Source: Candidatus Fermentimicrarchaeum limneticum
GTDB taxonomy: Archaea; Micrarchaeota; Micrarchaeia; Burarchaeales; Fermentimicrarchaeaceae
Reading direction: 5' to 3'
Length of the DNA stretch: 64,000 bases
Assembly (NCBI GenBank): GCA_013426015.1
Contig: CP058998.1
Coordinates: 445,470-509,469 of the forward strand
In this document: in pieces, positions 17,483-25,806 of the stretch
Layout of the letters: the number at the start of each line of letters is the position of its first letter
How positions within the stretch are numbered: the stretch's first letter is position 1
Made by a program: the position numbers and the translations under genes
Notes under the pieces: model-generated
Databases searched by the model: none
What the model saw: the letters and a program-made list of their open reading frames with translations, nothing else
Told to the model about the DNA's origin: nothing

Positions 17483-17567
17483 TGGACCGGGCGGGATTCG
17501 AACCCGCGGCCTCTACCTTTTCCGCGGAAGATGCGAAGGTAGCGATCTACCACTGATCTACCGGCCC
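17483..17567 (-). tRNA. tRNA-Ala(CGC) with 13-nt intron at 37/38 (intron 17519-17531)
   Basis: GGGCCGG/CCGGTCC acceptor with G3:U70, CTACC-TTCGCA-[TCTTCCGCGGAAA]-A-GGTAG, GGTTCGAATCC T-arm. Confidence 0.95.
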
Positions 17568-17568
17568 A

Positions 17569-17593
17569 AGAGGAACCTCTCGGTTCCCTCTAC
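17569..17593. repeat. REP-like hairpin copy 2, abutting the tRNA 5' end
   Basis: AGAGGAACC-tctc-GGTTCCCTCTAC. Confidence 0.85.
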
Positions 17594-17629
17594 ACTCCAA
17601 TGCTTCGGCTTCAAGGTTACATTTATCCA

Positions 17630-18064
17630 TCAAAAATGAATAGAAAAGATTGGGGAAACGACTGTTGTGAACGACAAAATTCCGATTATTCCCCCGGCAA
17701 AAAATGACTTTCCCGCGAATCTCAGTCTGGACCTGATTCCATCGCTGAATCCTAACCTGCTTAGCAGGTATAAGAATACTCCAAGTGGAAGATAGATTAA
17801 TACGTATAGAGTCGGGAGCGACATATAGATTCTAAACGCCCAAGATGTTAAAAAAACACCGCTAGCCATACAGCATACATACGAACCGGTATCATACGGT
17901 GGCGGACAGGAACAATTTGGCGATTCTTCTACGTAGCCCGCTCTGGACAAAAACGCCCAAAGAAAAATTATGATTGGCAGCAGGGCGAGCAGAAAGCCCA
18001 CAATTATCGCATTCCTGTTTTCGTGCTCATCCTTCTTTCTGGCAGCAACGCTCTTCCTGGCCAT
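17630..18064 (-). CDS. Hypothetical membrane protein
   Basis: 3 TM helices with Cys-rich loop; GGTGG RBS. Confidence 0.65.
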   Translation of the reverse strand: MARKSVAARKKDEHENRNAIIVGFLLALLPIIIFLWAFLSRAGYVEESPNCSCPPPYDTGSYVCCMASGVFLTSWAFRIYMSLPTLYVLIYLPLGVFLYLLSRLGFSDGIRSRLRFAGKSFFAGGIIGILSFTTVVSPIFSIHF

Positions 18065-18115
18065 TTTACCACCATCGGATATTGTTTATTTTGGATATTT
18101 AAAGCAAAGCCCAGA

Positions 18116-18146
18116 AGAGGAACCTGCGGTTCCCTCTACCTTCCCT
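18116..18146. repeat. REP-like hairpin copy 3
   Basis: AGAGGAACC-tgc-GGTTCCCTCTACCTTCCCT. Confidence 0.85.
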
Positions 18147-18196
18147 TCTAGGGTATTATTATTAAGTTAAGGCGTTAAATAGCTTTTGGCGGCAGC

Positions 18197-18304
18197 ATGG
18201 GTATTCAAATCAATTTCAAGATGACAACGGAGCAGAAGATTGCTATAATAGCGCTGATTTTCCTTCTGATTATTGCATGGCTCGGCAAGATGAGTCAGGC
18301 CTAG
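18197..18304 (+). CDS. Possible 35-aa single-TM peptide
   Basis: MGIQINFKMTTEQKIAIIALIFLLIIAWLGKMSQA; TTAAATA box upstream. Confidence 0.4.
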   Translation: MGIQINFKMTTEQKIAIIALIFLLIIAWLGKMSQA

Positions 18305-18311
18305 TTTTGGA

Positions 18312-19163
18312 TTACTCGCTCAACAGCAGCCTCAGGTTCACGTCTATTGCTTTGGGCGAATGCGTCAGGCACCCCATTGAGATGAAGTCCACATCGTATT
18401 TGGCGTAATCCTTCACTTTTTCAAGTGTTATCCCGCCAGATACTTCCACGATGACCTTGTCCCTCAGCCCGCTCTCCTTCAGCATTTTCAGTGATTTTTC
18501 AATTTCAGGGAAAGGCATGTTGTCAAACATCACCACATCCGCACCGTACTTGGCAGCCTCCAGCGCATCATTGGCGTTGTTCACCTCAATGCATATCTTC
18601 TTTGTGAAGCTCACGTGCGCCTTTGCTCTTCTGAGGCACTCCTCCACGCTTCCCACAATCCTCAGGTGGTTCCTCTTAATGATAATCTCGTCAGCCAGCG
18701 TCCATCTCTCCGGGTCTCCTCCCCCTATCCCCACGGACTTCTTGTCAAGGTAGCCCAGCACGGTCTTCCTGGTGCAGGTTATCCTCACTTTTGGGTTTAC
18801 CTCTCTTGCAAGCTTCACAGCCTTCTTCGTCATCGTGGCTATGCCGCTCATCCTCTGTATGATGTTCAAAGCAGTTCTTTCTGCTTCAAATAATCTTCTG
18901 CTGTTACCGCTCACTTCGAGCAGCACATCGCCCTCATGCATCTCACTTCCTTCCTTCATTACCTCGTTAACGTGCAGAGTATTGCTCTTCAATAGATGCG
19001 CGGCCTCCTCAACGCCCGCACATATCCCCTCCCCTATTGCAACCATCTCAGCCCTCAGCTCCATGTTCTTTGGGAGAAGAGCTGCAGTCGTGATATCCCT
19101 GAAGCCTATGTCCTCACGCATAATGTCAACAATTATCTCTCTCCATCCCATGGGACCACCCAA
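18312..19163 (-). CDS. nadC: Quinolinate phosphoribosyltransferase
   Basis: EDIG..DITT, AERTALN..QRMSGIAT.T, TRKT, VMFDNM, EVSGGI, ISMG.LTHS. Confidence 0.93.
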   Translation of the reverse strand: MGGPMGWREIIVDIMREDIGFRDITTAALLPKNMELRAEMVAIGEGICAGVEEAAHLLKSNTLHVNEVMKEGSEMHEGDVLLEVSGNSRRLFEAERTALNIIQRMSGIATMTKKAVKLAREVNPKVRITCTRKTVLGYLDKKSVGIGGGDPERWTLADEIIIKRNHLRIVGSVEECLRRAKAHVSFTKKICIEVNNANDALEAAKYGADVVMFDNMPFPEIEKSLKMLKESGLRDKVIVEVSGGITLEKVKDYAKYDVDFISMGCLTHSPKAIDVNLRLLLSE

Positions 19164-19316
19164 TTGTTTACGGGAGGGAGCTATTTAAAATTAGTGCCCT
19201 GCAGCTTCGGTACCGCAGGCGTTGCGCATGAATGACGTTCACTGGAAAGTTACCCCCCTTCCGCCCGTTTAAATACCCCCCCAGACCACTTCATAACCGT
19301 TGAAGAGGTGATTGAG

Positions 19317-19442
19317 ATGAAGATTGACATTGCAAAACTGACCTTGGATGAAGTAGAGGCTCTCGCCGAGAGGCTCAAGGCGAATAATGCTTCCACCGTG
19401 ATAAGCAGGATGGGTGACAGGCTTGTCCTTGACGTAAGCTAG
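19317..19442 (+). CDS. Small hypothetical protein (41 aa, not in ORF track)
   Basis: TTTAAATA box at ~19268, GAGGTGA RBS, MKIDIAKLTLDEVEALAERLK... Confidence 0.6.
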   Translation: MKIDIAKLTLDEVEALAERLKANNASTVISRMGDRLVLDVS

Positions 19443-19555
19443 GCATCAATAGCGGTGGAAAAGGAGGAAATGGCCGGACCTGGCGTTTTGATCGCCTTAT
19501 GGGAGCTGCCGGCTAAGGAAACTCGCTGGCAACTCCCAACCCTTTCTTAAAAAAA

Positions 19556-19849
19556 CTAACCGAACAGAGCTGAGAGTCCTGCCGCAGCCTCCTCCGCTGA
19601 TGGCTTCTTCTCTTCCTTCTTCTCCTCTTTCTTTGCTTCCGGAGCTGCCTGCGCTGGAACAGCTGCAACTGGCATTGCCGCCTGCTTTATTGCATCTTCA
19701 ATGTTGACGCCCTGCAGTGCGGAAACCAGTGCTTTTACTTTTGCCTGGTCAACCTGCATGCCAGACGCCACGACAACCTTTGCGACGTTGTCCTCGCTTA
19801 TCGGCTGCTTCGCAGAATGCAGCAACATTGCCGCATACACATATTCCAT
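19556..19849 (-). CDS. rpl12: 50S ribosomal protein L12 (aP1)
   Basis: [11 protein letters not shown]...[12 protein letters not shown]. Confidence 0.97.
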   Translation of the reverse strand: MEYVYAAMLLHSAKQPISEDNVAKVVVASGMQVDQAKVKALVSALQGVNIEDAIKQAAMPVAAVPAQAAPEAKKEEKKEEKKPSAEEAAAGLSALFG

Positions 19850-19865
19850 ACTATTACCTCCTGGT

Positions 19866-20711
19866 TCAAGCACCAACCTTTGATTTCAAGGCAGCTGCCT
19901 GTGCATTTGCCTTTGCAAGAATCAAACCAATGACATCCTTCTCATAAATCTCTGCATTGAGCGCCAAACTTCTTGAATCCCTGTGCGCCTTCTGCAGCAG
20001 CAGGATGATGTTCTGCTTCGTCGGATATGCAATGTTGAACGAAAGGTTCAATGCCTCTGAAGCGCATCTCCTCAGGTCTGCAAGAAGCTTTTCCTCGTCA
20101 ACGTCAAGCACATCCTTCCCGTATACGATTCCTCCCTCTGAAGCCGCGAGAATGTTGAACATTACCTCAAAAGGTTCTATGCCGAGCTTCTGCAGCGCCT
20201 TTGCGGCCGCATCCGTTATCTTCTGCCCTGCCTTTGCAACCAAGGAATCGGTTGCAATCACTACTTTGCCTCCCTTTATCTGCGCATTCACACCGCCCTG
20301 CTTAAGCTCAGAAAGGACTGGACCGGGCGGCAGCGAGGTCTCACCTGCAGGTATCACAATCTCATATGGAGCCACCTGCCCCGGCTTTGCAGCAGCCTTT
20401 CCCTTGCTCTGCTTCACGAACTTGTAAAGCTGGAACGGGTTCATGTCGGTCATGACAAGAGCGGTAGGCCCGGTCATTATGTTTGTTAGCTCAGGCTCCT
20501 TTCCTGCCTGCTCAAGAGCCCTCTTTATCAAAGAATTCTTTGCAACGACAAGCTCTGCAGTGCCCCTCAGTTTCTTTCTTATAGCCTGCAGGTGCCTGTC
20601 AGGATAGTTGCGTATGTCAGCAACCGCAATAACCTTGAATTTCTTTATCTTCTCCGCTAGGTTTGAGACGAATTCCTGCTTCTGCTTGAGGATTAACTCA
20701 TTCATTTTCAC
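19866..20711 (-). CDS. rpl10: 50S ribosomal protein L10 (P0)
   Basis: [21 protein letters not shown]. Confidence 0.97.
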   Translation of the reverse strand: MKMNELILKQKQEFVSNLAEKIKKFKVIAVADIRNYPDRHLQAIRKKLRGTAELVVAKNSLIKRALEQAGKEPELTNIMTGPTALVMTDMNPFQLYKFVKQSKGKAAAKPGQVAPYEIVIPAGETSLPPGPVLSELKQGGVNAQIKGGKVVIATDSLVAKAGQKITDAAAKALQKLGIEPFEVMFNILAASEGGIVYGKDVLDVDEEKLLADLRRCASEALNLSFNIAYPTKQNIILLLQKAHRDSRSLALNAEIYEKDVIGLILAKANAQAAALKSKVGA

Positions 20712-21340
20712 TCACCAATTCTGTGCGGCTTTCCCATTGTAAGCTTTACATACATGGACTTCATCCTCTGCTCCCCTGTCTTTGCCTTCACTGCATCTAG
20801 AACGGCCTCGATGTTGTCGGCAAGCTCCTCCGCCGGCATGTTCTCCGTTCCCACAAGGCAGTGCACCACAGGCAGGTATTTGCCCTTGCTCTTCACTTTC
20901 ACAACCTTCTTAGCCCTGTCGGCAGCCTCCTCCAGCTTCACCCCAATGAGTGGCTTGGGCAGCTTCCCCCTCGTCCCAAGTGTCTGACCGAGGTTCTTCG
21001 CAACGACAGCCATGAGGTTAGGCTGCGCAAGCAATTCGTAATCGAGAATGCTTTTCAGCTTCGCCTTGTCAGCGGCAAGCTTCGGTATCTCCTCGCTTGT
21101 TATGACAAGCAGTCCTGCCTTCTTTGCATCCATTGCAACCTGTCCGTCTCCAAAAACCGCAACCTTCTGCTCCCTGCCCTTCCCTCTGGGGAGGACTATC
21201 TCGAGGTTGAGCCTGTTATCCTGCTTGTTGAAGTCGATGTCTCTGAAGTTGATTGCAAGCTCAACGCTCTGCGTGAACTTCCTTTTGCCCTTGTCTTCTA
21301 GAGCGCCGTTGAGTGCCTTTAGTATTTTCTCTCTTTCCAT
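20708..21340 (-). CDS. rpl1: 50S ribosomal protein L1
   Basis: RKFTQSVELAINFRDID, LGTRGKLPKP, VKLTMG. Confidence 0.97.
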   Translation of the reverse strand: MEREKILKALNGALEDKGKRKFTQSVELAINFRDIDFNKQDNRLNLEIVLPRGKGREQKVAVFGDGQVAMDAKKAGLLVITSEEIPKLAADKAKLKSILDYELLAQPNLMAVVAKNLGQTLGTRGKLPKPLIGVKLEEAADRAKKVVKVKSKGKYLPVVHCLVGTENMPAEELADNIEAVLDAVKAKTGEQRMKSMYVKLTMGKPHRIGE

Positions 21341-21412
21341 TTTACCCCTCCTGCTACAAGCAGTATAGCGGGAAAATGAGTGGAATTATTATGCCAAGTA
21401 AGGAATATAAAC

Positions 21413-22978
21413 TTATTGCTTCCTCCTTCCTTTAATTTTCTTTAGAAGCATGTAGCCCAGAATCAGGATGATTACTACGGGGATTATGAGGACTGCCAGC
21501 ATGTAGGGAGGCATTTCAGTTATTTTTAGGACTTTTAGCTTCAGAACCCCTTTTGGCGGTAGATAACCTTCCTTGCTTACCGTGAAGTTGAACTCGCCAT
21601 CCTTGTCTGATTTTATGAAATTGCCATTCTCGTCCTTGTCCACGACTCCGTCCTCATCACCGATATAGGTTTTGCCGAATATTGTAATCTGCGGGTAGGG
21701 GACAGGGTTTCCGTCAGTGTCGTTAACCTGGAATGTTATCGGGAGTCCCACCACTACCTCAGCCGGGAAGGAGACTACAAGCCCCTTGGGCTGAGGCTTG
21801 CTCGTGAAGTGCACAACCGCCCTTGTATAGGGCGGCAACTCGATGTTGCCCGCCTTGTCAATACTTCTTGCCTCAAAGGTGTAATCGCCATGTTCCAGGG
21901 AGGAGGTATCCCAGGAGTAGTTCCAGCTGGATGTTCCGGTCACGTTCTGCCAGTCCCCTCCCTCAACCCTGACCTGGACGTATTCTACCCCTGCATCAGC
22001 GTCTGAGCTGCCCTCGATTACGGAGGGAGAGTCGCTGACACTTATTGATTCTGAGGAGAATCCTGTGCGGATGGTTGATATCGCGTACAGCCTTCCGTCA
22101 TATGAGCCTACGTAAAGCAAACCTCCCTTGAGTTTGGGAGTGGATATGACCCAGTTGCCGGTTTCGTACTTCCAGACTATTCTGCCGTTTGTATCAGCCG
22201 CGTATAGGTTGTCATCCGTAGTCCCGAAGTATATTATTCCTGTTTCATTGCTGTAGTAAACCGATGACTGCGCCTCTGTTCCTGTCGAGATGTTCCAGAT
22301 GCGGCTTCCGTCACCTGCAAAAACAGCATAGACGTTGCCGTCCTTGCACGGGAAGTACAGCACATTCTGGGAGGAGATGGCAAAGCCGGATTGTATCTTG
22401 GCGGGGAAGCGCTGCTCCCATAGTTTGGTTCCATTGAAGGCGTTGAATGCGTAAAGCCTTCCCTCATCTGAGCTTATGTACGTAACCCAGTCTGACACGA
22501 GAGGCGATGACGAGAAACCCGTATAGGTTGTGTAGTTCCACAACATCCTTCCATCCGCTGCCTCTGATGCGTAGAGCTTGCCATCCGTCGAGGCGAAGTA
22601 TACGATGTCATATGCAAATGCAGGTGAGGAGAGTATCTTGTCTTTTGTTTTGAAGCTCCATGCAAGAGTGCCGTTGAGCCATAGGGCGTAGAAGCTGTTG
22701 TCGTTGGAGCCGAAGAACACCATGTTCCGCGATACAGCAGGTGAGGACTCTATCCTTCCAACCTTTCCATACTTCCATAATTCCTCTCCATCTGTCGCGT
22801 TTATTGCGTACAGATTGCCGTTCGCGGAACCCGCGAATACGGTGCCATCATAAAGCGCCGGGGATGCAACGATGTAGTCCCCGGTTGTAAAAGACCACTT
22901 TGCAACCCTGTCTTCGGCGGATGTGGGAATTGCTGAAAGCGTCATGCATAGCAGGAGCAAAACTATTCTGAATTTCAT
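21413..22978 (-). CDS. Secreted PQQ-like (BamB-type) beta-propeller protein with Ig-like domain and C-terminal TM anchor
   Basis: Signal peptide, repeated SSP....GS.DG.LYA...G...W units, WNYSWDT..L..G.Y Ig motif, TM + KKIKGRRKQ. Confidence 0.9.
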   Translation of the reverse strand: MKFRIVLLLLCMTLSAIPTSAEDRVAKWSFTTGDYIVASPALYDGTVFAGSANGNLYAINATDGEELWKYGKVGRIESSPAVSRNMVFFGSNDNSFYALWLNGTLAWSFKTKDKILSSPAFAYDIVYFASTDGKLYASEAADGRMLWNYTTYTGFSSSPLVSDWVTYISSDEGRLYAFNAFNGTKLWEQRFPAKIQSGFAISSQNVLYFPCKDGNVYAVFAGDGSRIWNISTGTEAQSSVYYSNETGIIYFGTTDDNLYAADTNGRIVWKYETGNWVISTPKLKGGLLYVGSYDGRLYAISTIRTGFSSESISVSDSPSVIEGSSDADAGVEYVQVRVEGGDWQNVTGTSSWNYSWDTSSLEHGDYTFEARSIDKAGNIELPPYTRAVVHFTSKPQPKGLVVSFPAEVVVGLPITFQVNDTDGNPVPYPQITIFGKTYIGDEDGVVDKDENGNFIKSDKDGEFNFTVSKEGYLPPKGVLKLKVLKITEMPPYMLAVLIIPVVIILILGYMLLKKIKGRRKQ

Positions 22979-23050
22979 CCATCCACCGATTAATTATGGG
23001 TGTATTTAATATAAACGTATAAGGCGTCTGCGATTAAAATTAGAAATAAA

Positions 23051-23533
23051 TTAAGAGAGCAGCTTGTCGTGCTTCCCCTCATTCACTTCCTTGATTACTT
23101 CCTTGGCGCTCTTTCCCTCGCAGGTCACCCCCATGCTCACGCACGTGCCGAGCACCTCGTTCACTGCCTTCTTAATCCCTTTTGCGAGGCTGACCGATTC
23201 CTTCATTTTTGCAACCTTGACGACCTGCTGCATTGTCAAATTTCCAATCACCTCTCCCTTTGCCTTCGCCCCTTTCTCAACGCCAATTTCCTTCTTTATG
23301 AGCGCGCTGCTGGGCGGCGTGCCCACCTCTATCTCAAACTGCTTCGTTTCCTTGTCCACTATGACCTTCACGGGCATCTTCAGCCCCTCAAAGCTCTTCG
23401 TTTTTTCATTTATTGCTGCCACTATCTGCCCTATGTTCACGCCAAGCGGTCCCAGAGCAGGACCAAGAGGCGCCCCCAGGGTGGCTTTACCCCCATCAAC
23501 AAGCGCTTGCACTGTTACTTTCAACTTCAACAC
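23051..23533 (-). CDS. rpl11: 50S ribosomal protein L11
   Basis: GGKAT..APLGPALGPLGVN, GTCVSMGV. Confidence 0.97.
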   Translation of the reverse strand: MLKLKVTVQALVDGGKATLGAPLGPALGPLGVNIGQIVAAINEKTKSFEGLKMPVKVIVDKETKQFEIEVGTPPSSALIKKEIGVEKGAKAKGEVIGNLTMQQVVKVAKMKESVSLAKGIKKAVNEVLGTCVSMGVTCEGKSAKEVIKEVNEGKHDKLLS

Positions 23534-23534
23534 C

Positions 23535-23996
23535 TCACTCTGCCTTCTTGTATATCTTCACAATATTGATTTTTATCGTTACAGGAATCGGAACTGCAAC
23601 CTCGAGAAGTTCGACAGTAACCTCGTCCTTCGATTCGTCTATCTTTATTATCTTCGCCTTCTCCCCCTTGAACGGCCCGCTTACCAGCTCAACCACATCT
23701 CCCTTGGCTATCTGCAGCTTTGTCGTCCTAGTCTCAATGAGGGGCGCTATCTCCTCTATCCCCATGCTCTTGGACAGCACGCCCTTTATGTGCGGTATCT
23801 TCATGGCAGCCTGCCTTGCGACAACTTCGTCCTCAGCCTCGAGTATGAGGTAGCCTCTCATGTCCTCAAGCAGCGCGATTGCATAGATGGGAAGCCTGTC
23901 CTTTGTTATCTTGTTTTTCAGCACATCGGTGACGACCTTCTCCTGCCCCGCTGTGACCCTGTAGACGAATATCAAAACCACACCTCTATTTCTCAA
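23535..23996 (-). CDS. spt5: Transcription elongation factor Spt5/NusG
   Basis: VTAGQE, RGY..LEA, KOW GDVVELVSGPFKGEKA. Confidence 0.95.
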   Translation of the reverse strand: MRNRGVVLIFVYRVTAGQEKVVTDVLKNKITKDRLPIYAIALLEDMRGYLILEAEDEVVARQAAMKIPHIKGVLSKSMGIEEIAPLIETRTTKLQIAKGDVVELVSGPFKGEKAKIIKIDESKDEVTVELLEVAVPIPVTIKINIVKIYKKAE

Positions 23997-24177
23997 GAAA
24001 ACCGAATATGATCGTTATGGCGTAACCAAGCACGCCTATTGCCACCATGCCCAGGGCGGTCACCCTGATGGTGGTGTAGAACTCATCCTGCGTTGGCCTG
24101 TAGCAGACCCTGAGCACTCTGAGCGCTTTCTGGATGAACTCGTTTACATCGTATCCAAGTATCTTCATTTCTGGCAC
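23986..24177 (-). CDS. secE: Protein translocase SecE/Sec61-gamma
   Basis: RVLRVC.RPT.DEF....VTALG...IGVLGY; position between ftsZ and spt5. Confidence 0.93.
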   Translation of the reverse strand: MPEMKILGYDVNEFIQKALRVLRVCYRPTQDEFYTTIRVTALGMVAIGVLGYAITIIFGFLEK

Positions 24178-25239
24178 CTATATTATTGAATCAAGATCGA
24201 TATCAGGCGGCTCCGGCTTTACCTCAACCTTCTCGTAGTTGGGAAGCTTTGCGCCTGCTATGACAACAAGCACCTTCATCACGGCCTTGCTCAGGTCGGG
24301 TTCTACCCTCGCGCCCCAGATGATGTGGGAGTTGGGATGTATCCTCTTTGACAACTCCTCGACAACGAGCTCGGCCTCCCGCAGCGTCATGTCCGCCCCT
24401 CCCGTCACATTGACCAGCGCCTTATTTGCCTCTGAGATGTCGGTGTCAAGCAGCGGGCTGCTCAGCGCATTCTCGACCGCAGTTATGGCTCGCTCGTCAG
24501 GCTTGACGTTGGCATTGGATTCGCCAAACCCTATCACTGCGCAGCCGGCGTCCTTCAGGATGGTTCTCAAGTCGGCAAAATCGAGGTTGACCAATCCAAC
24601 CTTTGTGATAAGCTCAGTTATCCCCTTCACCGAGCTTGAAAGAACCTCATCAGCAACCTTGAAGGCGGTGTTGAGCGGCAGGTCGGGTACTATCGCAAGC
24701 AGCTTGTCGTTCGGTATGACTATCACGGTGTCAACCTGCCTCTTGAGCTTGTTCAATCCCTCCAGTGCGTTCTGCCTCCTGACCCTGCCCTCCGAGATGA
24801 ATGGAAGAGTGACGACAGAAATTGTGAGAGCACCGAGGTTCTTTGCCTCCTCTGCAATTATGTGCGCGCTGCCCGTGCCAGTGCCCCCTCCTAGCCCGCA
24901 GGTGACGAAAACCATCTGTGAATTGGCGAGAAGCTTTCCAATCTCCTCCTTGCTCTCCTTCGCAGCCTCCTCCCCAACGGTAGGGTTGCTGCCCGCCCCC
25001 AGTCCTTTCGTGGTGTTCTTGCCAAGGAGAAGTTTCCTGTCAGCCTTAGTTTTCACAAGATGATGCGCGTCCGTGTTCATTGCTACGGTACTCACTCCTT
25101 CTATCCCAATCTCGAATATCCTGTTGAGAGTGTTGCAGCCTGCGCCACCGCTTCCAACCACGCATATCTTGGGCGCAGCGCTCTCTATGAACTTCAGCAG
25201 CTCCTCGTCATCCTTCGACAGAAATGATTGTTCAATCAA
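24178..25239 (-). CDS. ftsZ: Cell division protein FtsZ
   Basis: GGAGCN, GLGAGSNP, GLGGGTGTG, NLDFAD. Confidence 0.98.
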   Translation of the reverse strand: MIEQSFLSKDDEELLKFIESAAPKICVVGSGGAGCNTLNRIFEIGIEGVSTVAMNTDAHHLVKTKADRKLLLGKNTTKGLGAGSNPTVGEEAAKESKEEIGKLLANSQMVFVTCGLGGGTGTGSAHIIAEEAKNLGALTISVVTLPFISEGRVRRQNALEGLNKLKRQVDTVIVIPNDKLLAIVPDLPLNTAFKVADEVLSSSVKGITELITKVGLVNLDFADLRTILKDAGCAVIGFGESNANVKPDERAITAVENALSSPLLDTDISEANKALVNVTGGADMTLREAELVVEELSKRIHPNSHIIWGARVEPDLSKAVMKVLVVIAGAKLPNYEKVEVKPEPPDIDLDSII

Positions 25240-25549
25240 AGTATCCCCTCTTTGGATTATATGTGTTTTTATAATCTGTAAAGCTTTATATCCTTTCGGT
25301 TTTCACCTGTACAGATATGCTCAACCCAGGTTCATTGTTTTCAGGTCCATCTCTCAGCTGCCTTCTGCGACAGGAACCCGCGCATTGCGGCCTCTTCGGA
25401 TTCCACCGTGAATGAGGTGGAAAGCTCGCTTCTACCGTTCCACTCTTTCCCCTCTCTCCTCATCGTAACTTCAGAGCAAAGAGCTTCACTGTCTGCTTCC
25501 CTGCGTGTTTCTATCATCAATATTCTTTTAAGTCCCGAGATTTAATAAT

Positions 25550-25768
25550 GTGGGTATGAAAAACGAGAGCATCAAGGCATGCCCCAGATGCGGCAGCGTC
25601 AGATTAAGGGCGCTCTCACTTCGGGAGGGCGGGATACCCGGCATTTCAGAAGTTTCGGGGCTGTTCTACTGCAATGACTGCGGGAAGCACGTGGTTCCGG
25701 TGATTTTTCAGAACATGAACGAGTACAGGAAATTCCTGAAGGGGCTGGGAGGCAAAACCCATATTTAA
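25550..25768 (+). CDS. Small Zn-finger protein
   Basis: CPRCGS...YCNDCG. Confidence 0.7.
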   Translation: MGMKNESIKACPRCGSVRLRALSLREGGIPGISEVSGLFYCNDCGKHVVPVIFQNMNEYRKFLKGLGGKTHI

Positions 25769-25806
25769 ATAATGCTGGATGATAATTCATATGCGATGGT
25801 GGTAGT

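Noticed and set aside
1-18200. Classical integron (intI/attC) or intact provirus
   Set aside because: No tyrosine recombinase, no convincing RYYYAAC...GTTRRRY attC pattern, and no capsid/terminase/primase genes recognised
23064-25063. Long antisense ORFs (e.g. 23064-24011, 24239-25063; likewise 10173-11099, 39260-40356, 55177-56052, 61024-61866)
   Set aside because: Shadows of well-supported genes on the opposite strand
25257-25520. Possible ncRNA (SRP/RNase P) or small gene upstream of ftsZ
   Set aside because: No recognisable conserved RNA motif; only a weak ~58-aa minus-strand ORF without supporting features
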